DNA from: a virus
Lineage: Duplodnaviria > Caudoviricetes
Strand: one strand, 5' to 3'
Virus record (IMG/VR): IMGVR_UViG_2775507207_000001
Coordinates: 1-64,000 of that record
DNA: 64,000 nucleotides
Shown here piece after piece: positions 28,862 through 39,055 of this stretch. The notes under the pieces are model-generated. The model saw only the letters and a program-made list of their open reading frames with translations, ran no database searches and had not been told where the DNA came from. Position numbers and translations under genes: made by a program. The first letter of the stretch is position 1, and every line of letters begins with the position of its first letter.

Positions 28862-31800
28862 ATGGCGAACAAAATCGCCCTCGGGCTGGTGATCGGCGGC
28901 GCCGTCAGTTCGACTGTCGGTGCTGCGTTTAAAGATGTAACGGGGCGCATCAAGCGTCTTGAGGCGGAAGGCAACAAGGCGCGTGTCCTGCAGCGCACTA
29001 TCGGTGACACCATTCGCCTGCGCGACGAGTGGAAGAAAGCCCACGACAGCGGATCACAGGGCGCGACCAAGTTGTTGGGCCGGTTGAATTCCAACCTCGA
29101 TAGTTTGAAAAAACAGGGAATCGAGGTCGGCCGACTGGAGAAAGCCTATCGCTCTATGGGGCAGACCGCCATCAAGGCGGAGCTCAAAGCCAAGGGGCAT
29201 CAGCAGATCGATGCTGGTAAGACTGGCATGAAAAGCGCCGTCGGCGCCGCTGTCGTCGGTGTCGGCATGCTGGCTGTTCCGACCAAGGTCAGTGCGGATT
29301 TTGGGGCGATTGTTCGTGATATCGCGATCAAAGCTGGCATTGCCAACAAACCGCAAGAGCAGGAGATGTCGCAAAAGATCATTGATACGTCGCGCGACAC
29401 GGGCATGGCGCGTAATGACGTGGCCGATGTGGTTAACCAATTGGTTGGCGCCGGCATGGACTTGAGCAAGGCCCTGGAATATGCGCCAGTCGCGGCCAAA
29501 TTCGTCGTGGGGCAAGGGTCGAGCGGTGTTGATACAGCGAAGATGATCAACGCGCTGGGTCAGAATGCCAAGATCACAGATCCTAGGCAGATGCAGCAGG
29601 CCCTGGAAGCAATTGCCTACCAAGGGCAGGCCGGTAGCTTTGAAGCGGCCGACATGGCCAAGTGGTTTCCTGAGCTGTTGGCGAACATGGGCAGCCTCGG
29701 CATTACCGGCATGGATGCGGTTACACAGTTGGGTGCCATGCTGCAAGTGCAGATGAAATCTGCCGGCGGCGCCGATGAGGCGGCAAACAATCTCAAGAAC
29801 TGGATGGGCAAAATCGGCTCTGGCGACACCGTCAAGGCGTATGCAAAGGCGGGTATTGATTACAAAGGGTCGATGCAGACCGGTTTGCAAAACGGTATGT
29901 CCACCCTTGAAACCAGTATGTCACTGGCGCAGAAGTACATTCAGGCCACGGATCCGAAGCGCGCGGCGGCGATGGCTGAGGCGACGGCGAAGATCAGCAA
30001 GGAGTCGGACCCGGAGAAAGCCAAGGCCATGATGGCCTCGCTGGAAGAGTCACTGCGCACCGGTGACCTGTTCGCTGACATGCAGGTAAAGGCTGCGCTC
30101 TCTGCCTATATGCAGAACAAGGCGCTGTACAGCCAGCTTAAAAACGATTCGCGCGATGCAACGGGCATTCTCGACAAGAACCTCAGCGAGCGACGTGAGG
30201 CGTCGTCGCAGAAGTGGGCCGAAATGGCCCAGTCAATGGATGACGCCATGCGCAGCGTTGGGGACGCCCTGCGCCCGGTCACAGACACCGTGGCGGAAGC
30301 ACTGACCAAAGTCACCAGGGGCATTACCTCGCTGTCTGACAGCGCGCCAGGTGTGGTGACGGGTATCGCGGCGGTCGGGGGAGGGTTTGTCGCGCTCAAG
30401 GGGCTGCTCAGTTCGTTCAAAATCGCTAAAGGTTTGCTCAACGTCGCGCGGGGATCGTTGGGTGGCAAATCCGGCGAAGTGCAAAAGGTCTTTGTGACCA
30501 ACTCCAAGGATGGCGCTGGGGGCGTAGGAAAGGGCGGCGAGGCGAAAGGTAAGGCCAGCAAGGCCCTGTCGTTAGTTGAGACTGGGCTCAAGGCAGTAGC
30601 CGCTCTCAAGGGTGAGTCGGTTGATGGTGAGGGAAAGGATGAGAGTAAGACCGGTAAGTTAGGCATCGTCGCGACTGGCCTCAAAGTGGTTTCGCTGGCT
30701 AAAGAAGCGGTATCTGGCGATGACAGCGCGGGAGGTGACGATGCTGCGTCGAATGGCGACGGCGTCCAAAAGGTCTTCGTCGTTAACTTGAATGCCATGG
30801 GGGGACCTGGGGGGCCAGGTGAAACCCGCCGACGTGGGCGCGGTTCAAGACGTAATATTCCGCGACGTCGCCCGACCTCGCTGCGTGCTCGGATGCCGGC
30901 TCCGCGTCCACCGGTACCACGGCCTGCAGCACCGACTCCGCGTCCTCCGGTGCCACGGCCTGCAGCACTGGCTCCGCGTCCGGCGTTGCCACGGCCTGCA
31001 GCACCGGCTCCGCGTCCGCCGCTGCAACGGCCAGCAGCACTTGTCCCGCGCCCAGCTGTGCCACTGCCTGCAGCGCCGGCTCCGCGTCCGCCGCTGCCTC
31101 GGCCAGCAGTACTGGTCCCGCGTCCGCCGGTGCCACTGCCTGCCACACCGGTTCCGCGTCCACCGCTGCCACGGCCTGCGGTACCGGTCCCGCGTCCGCT
31201 TATTCCACCTGTTTCTATTCCAAGCGGGGCGATAGCTAAACTGGGCGGGGTTGTGCAAGCGGTCGGTAAGATTGGTAAAGCCGCCAAGGCAATACCTGGT
31301 GGCTCGCTCATTGAGGCCGGCGCCATGGCCTTTGACACCTATGAGAATGCTAAGACCAAGGACGAAAAGGCCGAGGGTTATGGTGCTGCCGCTGGCAATC
31401 TCGCCGGCACTATGGCCGGTGCTGCTGCAGGAGCGGCTATTGGCTCGGTGGTGCCTATCATCGGCACCGCTATTGGTGGGCTGGTAGGCGCTTACTTAGG
31501 CAGCATGGGTGGTTCGGCGCTGGGCGGTGCTGCAGGTAAGTCGTGGTTCGGAGGGGAGGACGAAAAGCCCGCGCCACCGGTGACGCCGTTGCTGATGGCG
31601 CCTCGACCGGGCCCAGCCATTCCAAGCTTGGCCGCCATGGGCAAGTCATTCAACCGGGCAGACGGTTCGGGTGCATTGCTGATGGCGCCTGCACCGCAAG
31701 CGCCAATCCTGGGTGATGTAGCACGGTCTCTAGCGGTGTCGGCTCCGACCAAGCCGGCGGCTGTAGCGATCCAGCCCAAAGAGCCGGAAAAGCCTGTCCC

Positions 31801-31972
31801 GACCAAAGTGGAACAGCAGTTTCAGTATTCGCTGAACATGCCGGTTAACGTGCAGGGGGATGTGAAAGACCCGCAACGCCTGGCGCAAGACCTCATGCCG
31901 CACATGCGGCTAATGATGGCTGATGCGGCGAAACAAAACGCCGCAAAGCTGTACGACGAACCGCACCTGTAA
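28862..31972 (+). CDS. Tail tape measure protein with Pro/Arg-rich repeat insert
   Basis: 1036 aa, Ala/Gly-rich, C-terminal glycine-zipper segment; position after chaperone. Confidence 0.92.
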   Translation: MANKIALGLVIGGAVSSTVGAAFKDVTGRIKRLEAEGNKARVLQRTIGDTIRLRDEWKKAHDSGSQGATKLLGRLNSNLDSLKKQGIEVGRLEKAYRSMGQTAIKAELKAKGHQQIDAGKTGMKSAVGAAVVGVGMLAVPTKVSADFGAIVRDIAIKAGIANKPQEQEMSQKIIDTSRDTGMARNDVADVVNQLVGAGMDLSKALEYAPVAAKFVVGQGSSGVDTAKMINALGQNAKITDPRQMQQALEAIAYQGQAGSFEAADMAKWFPELLANMGSLGITGMDAVTQLGAMLQVQMKSAGGADEAANNLKNWMGKIGSGDTVKAYAKAGIDYKGSMQTGLQNGMSTLETSMSLAQKYIQATDPKRAAAMAEATAKISKESDPEKAKAMMASLEESLRTGDLFADMQVKAALSAYMQNKALYSQLKNDSRDATGILDKNLSERREASSQKWAEMAQSMDDAMRSVGDALRPVTDTVAEALTKVTRGITSLSDSAPGVVTGIAAVGGGFVALKGLLSSFKIAKGLLNVARGSLGGKSGEVQKVFVTNSKDGAGGVGKGGEAKGKASKALSLVETGLKAVAALKGESVDGEGKDESKTGKLGIVATGLKVVSLAKEAVSGDDSAGGDDAASNGDGVQKVFVVNLNAMGGPGGPGETRRRGRGSRRNIPRRRPTSLRARMPAPRPPVPRPAAPTPRPPVPRPAALAPRPALPRPAAPAPRPPLQRPAALVPRPAVPLPAAPAPRPPLPRPAVLVPRPPVPLPATPVPRPPLPRPAVPVPRPLIPPVSIPSGAIAKLGGVVQAVGKIGKAAKAIPGGSLIEAGAMAFDTYENAKTKDEKAEGYGAAAGNLAGTMAGAAAGAAIGSVVPIIGTAIGGLVGAYLGSMGGSALGGAAGKSWFGGEDEKPAPPVTPLLMAPRPGPAIPSLAAMGKSFNRADGSGALLMAPAPQAPILGDVARSLAVSAPTKPAAVAIQPKEPEKPVPTKVEQQFQYSLNMPVNVQGDVKDPQRLAQDLMPHMRLMMADAAKQNAAKLYDEPHL
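30896..31219 (+). repeat. About 9 x 36-bp tandem coding repeat (PAPRPPVPRPAA-like)
   Basis: Degenerate 12-aa units inside the tape measure gene. Confidence 0.9.
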
Positions 31973-31981
31973 GGAGGGCCT

Positions 31982-32827
31982 ATGGCTTATATGGAACAGA
32001 TGCAGTCGGGCTTCAAGTACCTGGTTGACGCCGGGGAGGCTGGTAGACGTAGTGCTGAGGGCATGCTTGGGCCCGTCAACGGTGCTATAAGGGAGATAAC
32101 GGGTGCAGCGGCCGAGCTGGAAAATATCCCGTTCGTGGGACCTGCTGTCGGTGCCAAGCTCCAGCGGGTGATGCGCGGCGTGGATGCGGCACAGGCCAAG
32201 GCCGGCCAGGTGCTGGCTGTGTACAGCCGTGCGACACGGGGCGCCGCCGAAGTGCAGGAGCGAATGGGGGCGTTGAAGGAGCAGGCGGGAAAAGCTGCGA
32301 CGGCGATCAACAAGGTCGCCGGAAAGGTTAATCCCTCGTTGGCAAACATCGTGCCCACCAGCGCATTTGCCGTGGATGCCACGCCGGCACCCGAAGCGGT
32401 GAAGCCATTTCCGCACCTGCTGATCATCCAGCCCAGGGATCCTAAAATTCAGCCGTACTACTTCAACTTGGATACAGCGGCCTTCGACGAATTGAGTCGC
32501 TCGACCGAATTCCGCTGGGCTTCACAGGAGCGGCTATCGCGGCGCCCGGCGCAGCAGGCCGTGGGCATGGGCGAAGAAAAGCTCACACTCAAAGGTACGA
32601 TTTATCCCGGCTTCAAGGGGGGCCTCAAGCAGCTTGACACGTTACGCACCATCGGTGGGCGGCTGCAACCGCTCACTCTGACCACGGGTTATGGCGAGGT
32701 GATTGGCACCTGGTGTCTGAAGTCGATCAACGAGGAGCAGGGCGCGCTGCTGCACGGCGGTATTCCGCGTAAACAAGTATTCACTCTGGAGTTCACGCGC
32801 TATGGGGACGACATGCAGAACATCTGA
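31982..32827 (+). CDS. Tail protein, P2 GpU-like with N-terminal helical extension
   Basis: FDELSRSTEFRWASQERL...GTIYP...GYGEVIGTW. Confidence 0.85.
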   Translation: MAYMEQMQSGFKYLVDAGEAGRRSAEGMLGPVNGAIREITGAAAELENIPFVGPAVGAKLQRVMRGVDAAQAKAGQVLAVYSRATRGAAEVQERMGALKEQAGKAATAINKVAGKVNPSLANIVPTSAFAVDATPAPEAVKPFPHLLIIQPRDPKIQPYYFNLDTAAFDELSRSTEFRWASQERLSRRPAQQAVGMGEEKLTLKGTIYPGFKGGLKQLDTLRTIGGRLQPLTLTTGYGEVIGTWCLKSINEEQGALLHGGIPRKQVFTLEFTRYGDDMQNI

Positions 32828-33008
32828 CGGGGACATGCTCGATGTCATATGCAATAACGTTTATGGGCACTTGAACGGCAGCGTCGAGGCAGTTCTGGAT
32901 GCCAATCAGGGCTTGGGAGACGAGCCCCAGCCTTTCCGCGCTGGTGTGGTGATCCTGCTGCCGGATCTGCCAGCCCCGACCGAGGAAGGGATTAGCTTGT
33001 GGGACTGA
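32802..33008 (+). CDS. Tail protein X
   Basis: GDMLDVIC...YG...VLDANQGL...LWD. Confidence 0.88.
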   Translation: MGTTCRTSDGDMLDVICNNVYGHLNGSVEAVLDANQGLGDEPQPFRAGVVILLPDLPAPTEEGISLWD

Positions 33009-33101
33009 CTCCGAACGGCACCGCCTGCAGCCCGTTGCGTTAAGCGAAAAGAAACTTTGTATTCAGCCCGCCCTGTGCGGGTTTTTCTTTGGAAAAAAAC
33101 C

Positions 33102-34148
33102 ATGACCCCCACTTTTCGTATCGTTGCCGACGGTGCCGATATTACGTCCAAGATCAATGATCGACTGTTGTTACTTAGGACTTCTGACAAGCCGGGTATG
33201 GAGTCCGACGAGTTTGAATTGCGTATCGATGACCGCGACGGCCAGGTGCAGTTGCCCCGGCGAGGTAGCTCAATCGAGATTCACCTGGGCTATGCCGAAA
33301 CGTCTTTGATGCGCCTAGGGCTTTACGCGGTCGACACGGTCGAAGTTTCCGGCCCGCCGGACACGATTGTGATCAAGGGTAAAGCCAGCGATATGCGCGG
33401 CAGTGGTAAGACTATCCGCAGCGGAAGCTGGGAGGATGCGCCGTTGTCGAAGATCGTGGCCGACATCGCGGCTCGAAATGGCTGGCAGGCAGGCTGTCCG
33501 GTGGCGACGAAGGTCGCTCGTGTGGATCAGCTCAACGAGTCCGACTTTAATTTCATCACGCGCCTGGCTAAGCAATACGACTGCACGGCCAAGGTCGCAG
33601 ATGGCAAATTGTTGGTGATGCCACGCCAGGGAGGCCAGACAGCCAGCGGCAAAACGTTCGGGGCGATCACGCTGACCCGCAGCGATCTCAGTCGCTGGCA
33701 ATTCAGCTTAGGGGATCGCAATTCGCACAAGGCCGTGGCGACTAAGCATCAGAACAAAAAGGACGGCAAATTGGCGGTGGTCACCATCGACAACGATGAC
33801 GCTCCGGACGGCTTGCCGGCGGTGCACACGGATCGGCATATCTATCCGAACAAGACTGCTGCTGAATCAGCAGCCAAGGCAAGGTTAGCGGCATTCAATC
33901 GCTCGACCGCCGACGTGCGTTTCGAGATGCCTGGCCGGACTGACATTTTTGCCGAGCGCCTGATCAACGCCCAGGGCTTCAAGGTCGGGCTGGATGGCGA
34001 ATACCTGGCAGATTCAGTGGAGCAGGTGTTTACCCAGTCTGGCTGGTCGACCACGGTCGAGTGCAATGCCGGCAAGCAAGGCAAATCCAAGGGTAAGAAA
34101 AAGAAGGAAACGAAGCCGCTCAAGGTCGTGAGCGTCGAGAAGCTGTAA
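33102..34148 (+). CDS. Late control D / baseplate hub protein
   Basis: ESDEFELRIDD, QLNESDFNFITRLA. Confidence 0.9.
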   Translation: MTPTFRIVADGADITSKINDRLLLLRTSDKPGMESDEFELRIDDRDGQVQLPRRGSSIEIHLGYAETSLMRLGLYAVDTVEVSGPPDTIVIKGKASDMRGSGKTIRSGSWEDAPLSKIVADIAARNGWQAGCPVATKVARVDQLNESDFNFITRLAKQYDCTAKVADGKLLVMPRQGGQTASGKTFGAITLTRSDLSRWQFSLGDRNSHKAVATKHQNKKDGKLAVVTIDNDDAPDGLPAVHTDRHIYPNKTAAESAAKARLAAFNRSTADVRFEMPGRTDIFAERLINAQGFKVGLDGEYLADSVEQVFTQSGWSTTVECNAGKQGKSKGKKKKETKPLKVVSVEKL

Positions 34149-34196
34149 TGCAATCCACCGCCGCCTGAGTGCGGTATTTTTTTGTCCGGAGTTTTT

Positions 34197-34760
34197 ATGA
34201 CGATCACTGAACAACAGCTACAACGCATCATGCCAAACGCCCGCCGACAAGCGGGCGTTTTTGTATCTGCCCTGAACGCGGCAATGGCGCATCGGCAGAT
34301 CAATACACCGAAACGCCAGGCTGCTTTCCTGGCGCAGCTTGGTCACGAGTCCGGTCAACTGCAGTATGTCCGCGAGCTGGGCGGGGACCAATACCTGAGT
34401 AAATACGATACCGGCACTCTGGCTGCCAAGCTTGGTAATACGCCAGCTGCAGATGGTGATGGTCAACGCTATCGTGGCCGAGGGTTGATCCAGATTACCG
34501 GGCACGATAACTACCTGCGCTGCAGTCTGGCACTGTTCGGCGATGAGCGATTGCTGCGCACTCCCGAGCTGCTCGAGCAGCCGCAATGGGCGGCAGAGTC
34601 GGCGGCGTGGTTCTGGTCCGTGAATGGGCTGAATGCGCTCGCGGATCAGGACCAGTTCAACACGATCACTCGCCGGATCAACGGCGGCCTTAATGGCCTG
34701 GAGGATCGGCTGCAGTTGTGGGCCAGGGCGAGGGCGGTGTTATGCGTCTCTTCGATCTGA
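34197..34760 (+). CDS. GH19 endolysin
   Basis: FLAQLGHESG, YRGRGLIQITG..NY, ITRRINGG.NG. Confidence 0.93.
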   Translation: MTITEQQLQRIMPNARRQAGVFVSALNAAMAHRQINTPKRQAAFLAQLGHESGQLQYVRELGGDQYLSKYDTGTLAAKLGNTPAADGDGQRYRGRGLIQITGHDNYLRCSLALFGDERLLRTPELLEQPQWAAESAAWFWSVNGLNALADQDQFNTITRRINGGLNGLEDRLQLWARARAVLCVSSI

Positions 34761-35284
34761 TCCCGGCGCAGTTCCGTATCGCCGCTATCAGCTTGCTGTT
34801 AGTGGTGGTGTCCGCAGGATCTGCAGCGTTGGCCTGGACTGCTCAGGACTGGCGTTATGGCAGCGTGCTGGAGCGGCAAGCCCGGCTGCAGGCGGACACC
34901 CTCAACGAAATATCCCAAGCTTCTGCTGCTCTGCAGCGTACCGAGCAGGACAAGCGCCTTGCCCTGGAGCTCCGCCTGCAGAACAAAGACGAAACCCACT
35001 ACAAGGAATTGACCGATGAGCAAATCAAGCAGGCTCGTCTGCGTGATCGCCTGGCTACTGCTGATCTGCGGCTGTCGGTCGTACTCGCCGCCACCGAAAC
35101 CGCCGGCAGCTGTTCAGTGCCAACCACCACCGCCACCGGCCGCGTGGTTCATGGCGCCACAAGAGCCCAACTTGACCCAGCGCATGCTCAACGAATTATC
35201 GGAGTCACCGATGCCGGCGACCGAGGATTGATCGCCCTGCGGGCCTGTCAGGCTTACGCAAAAGAAGTTTCTACACCGAAGTAA
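34742..35284 (+). CDS. Rz-like i-spanin
   Basis: N-terminal TM plus coiled coil; ALRACQAY. Confidence 0.88.
   Translation: MRLFDLIPAQFRIAAISLLLVVVSAGSAALAWTAQDWRYGSVLERQARLQADTLNEISQASAALQRTEQDKRLALELRLQNKDETHYKELTDEQIKQARLRDRLATADLRLSVVLAATETAGSCSVPTTTATGRVVHGATRAQLDPAHAQRIIGVTDAGDRGLIALRACQAYAKEVSTPK
35016..35231 (+). CDS. Rz1-like o-spanin lipoprotein embedded in Rz
   Basis: Lipobox LLICGC followed by a Pro-rich segment; nested in another frame of Rz. Confidence 0.82.
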   Translation: MSKSSRLVCVIAWLLLICGCRSYSPPPKPPAAVQCQPPPPPAAWFMAPQEPNLTQRMLNELSESPMPATED

Positions 35285-35399
35285 AAGGAGCGGCCGGGCA
35301 GGATGCGTCAACATCCAACCCGGCCACCTTCCCCGCAGATCGTCCCTGCAAGTCCAGCCAAGGCTCCTGCTTCGTGCACAAAGCGGAGCGAGCCTAGCA

Positions 35400-35415
35400 C
35401 TGTTTATCCATACAG
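35400..35415. promoter_or_regulatory. LexA (SOS) box upstream of adenine methyltransferase
   Basis: CTGT-TTATCCAT-ACAG. Confidence 0.7.
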
Positions 35416-35433
35416 CAAAGGTCTTGCTTTTTT

Positions 35434-36228
35434 ATGTCTACACCCATCGTCCCTTGGATGGGCGGCAAACGCCGCCTGGCCGACCGCCTTATCCCGCTCT
35501 TCCCGCCACACGAATGCTACGTTGAAGTCTTTGCCGGCGGCGCCGCGCTCTACTTCATGCGTCCCCAGGCAGCGCCTGTTGAAGTTCTTAACGACATCAA
35601 TGGCGACCTGGTCACGCTGTACCGCGTCGTGCAGAACCATCTGGAAGAATTCGTCCGCCAGTTCAAATGGGCGCTCAGTTCCCGCCAGGTGTTCGAGTGG
35701 CAAAAGATGACCCGCCCGGAAACCCTCACCGACATCCAGCGCGCCGCCCGTTTCTTTTACCTGCAGCACCATGCCTTCGCGGGCAAAGTGACCGGGCAGA
35801 CGTTCGGCACTGCAACGACCGGCCCAGCCATTAACCTTCTGCGGATCGAGGAAAACCTGTCTGCAGCATGGCAGCGTTTATCCGGCACTTATGTTGAAAA
35901 CCTGGGCTGGCTTGAATGTGCCGAGCGCTACGACCGTGCCCATACGTTCCACTACATGGATCCACCTTACTGGCAGACCGCCGGCTATGGTGTGGATTTT
36001 CCATTTGAGAATTACGAGCGCATGGCCGACTTTATGCGGCGCTGCAAAGGCAAGGTGATGGTCAGCATCAACGATCATCCCGATATCCGGCGAGTGTTTG
36101 ATGGGTTTCACTTTGAGATGGTGGACATTCGTTACAGCACCGCGAATGCGCGGCAGGGCAAGACCGAAGTCAGCGGAGAGTTGATAATCATGAACTGGGA
36201 GCCTGCAGCATTGGGAGGCCTGTTCTGA
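35434..36228 (+). CDS. DNA adenine methyltransferase (D12 class)
   Basis: WMGGK, YVEVFAGG, NDIN, DPPY. Confidence 0.93.
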   Translation: MSTPIVPWMGGKRRLADRLIPLFPPHECYVEVFAGGAALYFMRPQAAPVEVLNDINGDLVTLYRVVQNHLEEFVRQFKWALSSRQVFEWQKMTRPETLTDIQRAARFFYLQHHAFAGKVTGQTFGTATTGPAINLLRIEENLSAAWQRLSGTYVENLGWLECAERYDRAHTFHYMDPPYWQTAGYGVDFPFENYERMADFMRRCKGKVMVSINDHPDIRRVFDGFHFEMVDIRYSTANARQGKTEVSGELIIMNWEPAALGGLF

Positions 36229-36419
36229 TTTGAGAGGTAGATTACGCATCGCAATTTGCTATTCAAGTGAGGCGGCATGTCCATCTCGCCTGATGCTTAC
36301 TCACGCTTATTAAGAGTGGTGGCGTAATGGGTTCATTGAACTAAGATGAACCCTTTAGAGCTTATTGTGATCTTTCAATTACTCATTGGTAGCAGATGGA
36401 CAAGCGCATCGCAGGTCTT

Positions 36420-37169
36420 TCATTTCTGCTTACTCTCGGCTGGGTCACAGCCGTTATGTTCGTCATGTGGTTTTTCAGCTGATGGGTTCGGCCTTATAAG
36501 CTCTGCCCCCTGATTCCTGACGCTGCCCACTGCTTTGCCAACCGCATACCACTCAAAGTCCTCCACAGGCTGGCAACATTCCTTCGCTATTTCCTCGGCC
36601 CGGGCTGGAGTAAGGTAGGGGTCGATCCACTCCCTGGCATGCTCAGGTGTCAGCACCAACGGCTTGCGGTCGTGGATGTCCACCATGCCCTGATCACTGG
36701 CAGCGGTGATGATCACGAACCCATCGCCGTCCTGGGGATCCAGGCCAGGATGAATCTGGGCTAGTGCGCCAAAGAACATGGGCTTCTGACTCTTCAGGCG
36801 AATGAAGTAGGGCTGCTTTCTCTTCGGATCGTCAGGGTCTTTAACCCACTCATACCACCCTTCACTCGGCACCAGGGCTCGGCCATTCGGCCAAAGTTGC
36901 TTAAAAAACTTTCCCGTGGTGACCGTCTCTACACGGGCGTTAATCGGGTCGGGGCGTTTGCCCTTGGCCCAGAACGGCGCCCATCCCCATTTGACTGCAT
37001 CGATATGCAGCCCGTCCTCTGCGGCGTGCAGCAACTGAACCCGTGTCGACGGAGCGACGTTGTAGCGATCAATTGGCTGAGCGTCATAGCCGCTGAATAG
37101 CTCTATTTGGGGGCTCAGTTCTTCAATGAAGATCGCCATCCCTTCGTACTGCACAAATCGTCCGCACAT
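36420..37169 (-). CDS. SOS response-associated peptidase (SRAP/YedK family)
   Basis: N-terminal MCGRF, YNVAP, INAR.E, YEW, IHDR.P. Confidence 0.95.
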   Translation of the reverse strand: MCGRFVQYEGMAIFIEELSPQIELFSGYDAQPIDRYNVAPSTRVQLLHAAEDGLHIDAVKWGWAPFWAKGKRPDPINARVETVTTGKFFKQLWPNGRALVPSEGWYEWVKDPDDPKRKQPYFIRLKSQKPMFFGALAQIHPGLDPQDGDGFVIITAASDQGMVDIHDRKPLVLTPEHAREWIDPYLTPARAEEIAKECCQPVEDFEWYAVGKAVGSVRNQGAELIRPNPSAEKPHDEHNGCDPAESKQK

Positions 37170-37233
37170 ACGCCTTCTCCGTCTGTCGAAATCCCCTACA
37201 GAAAAATTGACCGCACGCGTCCTACAAAGTTAA

Positions 37234-37249
37234 CTGTACATTCGTACAG
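37234..37249. promoter_or_regulatory. LexA box between divergent SRAP and rulA
   Basis: CTGT-ACATTCGT-ACAG. Confidence 0.85.
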
Positions 37250-37269
37250 TGCATGTAAAAGGTCGCATC

Positions 37270-37695
37270 ATGAGCTTCACCATTTTAGGTCCTATCGCCG
37301 AGGCAGGCGTGAAGCTGCCTATGTGTTCGTTCCAGGTTCCGGCTGGCTTCCCTTCGCCGGCAGCGGATCATATTGAGCAGCACATCTCATTGGATGAGGT
37401 CCTGAATATCCGCGCACCGCATGTGTACCTGGTAGCCATCACCGGGGAAAGCATGCAGGGGATTGGTATCTTCGAAGGCGATCTCGCGGTGGTGGATCGT
37501 GCCATTGAGCCGGCGCACGGGCATGTGGTAGTGGCTCTGCTGAACAATGAGCCCGTCTGCAAGCGCCTATGTAAGCGCGGCCGAGAGGTAGTCCTTTTGT
37601 CAGAAAATCCCAAATACCCGGCGCGATACGTTCTCGAAGGGGATGAGCTATCAGTCTGGGGCGTGATCACCAGCACAGTGCGCAGCCATGTCTAA
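37270..37695 (+). CDS. rulA: Error-prone polymerase V subunit UmuD/RulA
   Basis: VPAGFPSPA cleavage site, GESM, VCKRL. Confidence 0.92.
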   Translation: MSFTILGPIAEAGVKLPMCSFQVPAGFPSPAADHIEQHISLDEVLNIRAPHVYLVAITGESMQGIGIFEGDLAVVDRAIEPAHGHVVVALLNNEPVCKRLCKRGREVVLLSENPKYPARYVLEGDELSVWGVITSTVRSHV

Positions 37696-38965
37696 GCAGC
37701 AACCGACCCTTGCGCTGGTCGACTGCAACAGCTTCTATGCCAGTTGCGAGCGAGTATTCCGGCCGGACTTGGCGAAGGTGCCCATCGTGGTGCTGAGCAA
37801 TAACGACGGCTGTGTCATTGCTCGCAGCTACGACGCCAAGCCATTCATCAAGATGGGCGAGCCGTATTTCCAGATCAAGCACAAGCTCAAGCAACACGGC
37901 ATTGTCGCGTTCTCCTCCAACTATGCGCTGTACGGCGACATGAGCGAACGCGTCATGAGTCTGATTGAGGCGATGGTGCCGGCAGTTGAGGTGTACAGCA
38001 TCGATGAGGCATTTGCCGATCTGACCGGTGTCGGTGGTTTGGATGCCTTAGGCCGGCAGATCCGCGCCCAGGTACTTCGCTGCACCGGCATACCTGTTGG
38101 TGTCGGTATTGCTCATACAAAGACCCTGGCGAAGCTGGCAAACCACACTGCGAAGCGCCTGCAATCGCAGACCGGTGGTGTGGTCAATATCACCGATCCG
38201 GTTAAGCGGGACTGGGTACTGCGTAATACGGACGTGGCGGAGGTGTGGGGCGTTGGCCGAAAGATGAAACTCCACCTCGATGCGATGGGAATCAAGTCTG
38301 CAATGGATTTGGCGAAGGCGGACCCCTGGACGCTCCGTAAGAAGTTCAGCGTTGTGATCGAGAAGACGGCCAGGGAGCTGGGCGACACGCCTTGCTTGGA
38401 GCTGGACGACCCGGATCCGCCGAAGCAGGAGATCTGCTGCAGCCGGATGTTCGGCCAGCGGCTGACGGAGCTGCCGCCTATCAAGGAAGCGGTGGCCACC
38501 TACATGATGCGAGCTTCTGAAAAGCTCCGCGCCCAGAACTCGCTGTGCAAGACGGTGCGCGTGAGCATCCGTACCGGCATGTTCAATCCAGAGGAGGCGA
38601 AGTATGCCAACGGAGTGGTGGTAGACATGCCATATCCCACCGATGACGTGCGACTGCTAACAAAGGCGGCTGTTGATGCGGTCGATCGTATTTACCGACC
38701 AGGCTTCAAATACAGTAAGGCTGAAGTGATGCTGCTCAACCTGTGTCAGCCCGGCGAGTATACCGATGATCTTTTCGCTATTTCGCAGCCTGCTGAGTCC
38801 ACCCGTGTGATGACAGTGCTAGACGAGATTAATGGTCGATGGGGGAGGGGAACGCTGCGGTCTGCCAGCGTTCCCAGCAACCCTGCTTGGGCTATGCGCC
38901 GGGAGATGATGAGCCACAGTTATACAACGAGAGTGGATCATTTATGGAGAGTCCGTTGCGAGTGA
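37688..38965 (+). CDS. rulB: Y-family DNA polymerase UmuC/RulB
   Basis: DCNSFYASCE, VLSNNDGC, YSIDE, WAMRREMMS. Confidence 0.95.
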   Translation: MSKQQPTLALVDCNSFYASCERVFRPDLAKVPIVVLSNNDGCVIARSYDAKPFIKMGEPYFQIKHKLKQHGIVAFSSNYALYGDMSERVMSLIEAMVPAVEVYSIDEAFADLTGVGGLDALGRQIRAQVLRCTGIPVGVGIAHTKTLAKLANHTAKRLQSQTGGVVNITDPVKRDWVLRNTDVAEVWGVGRKMKLHLDAMGIKSAMDLAKADPWTLRKKFSVVIEKTARELGDTPCLELDDPDPPKQEICCSRMFGQRLTELPPIKEAVATYMMRASEKLRAQNSLCKTVRVSIRTGMFNPEEAKYANGVVVDMPYPTDDVRLLTKAAVDAVDRIYRPGFKYSKAEVMLLNLCQPGEYTDDLFAISQPAESTRVMTVLDEINGRWGRGTLRSASVPSNPAWAMRREMMSHSYTTRVDHLWRVRCE

Positions 38966-39055
38966 GCGGATTAGCCTAGTTTAGAATGAAGCACGTACGA
39001 CAAAATTATGACGAAAAAAAACAGAATGTCGCTCTGTTGACAAAATCATGACGGC

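Noticed and set aside
30896-31219. 36-bp periodic repeats as a CRISPR array
   Set aside because: Units are contiguous, degenerate at synonymous positions, in-frame within the TMP, with no spacers and no cas genes.
30106-31338. 410-aa minus-strand Gly/Arg-rich ORF
   Set aside because: Shadow of the repetitive TMP coding strand.
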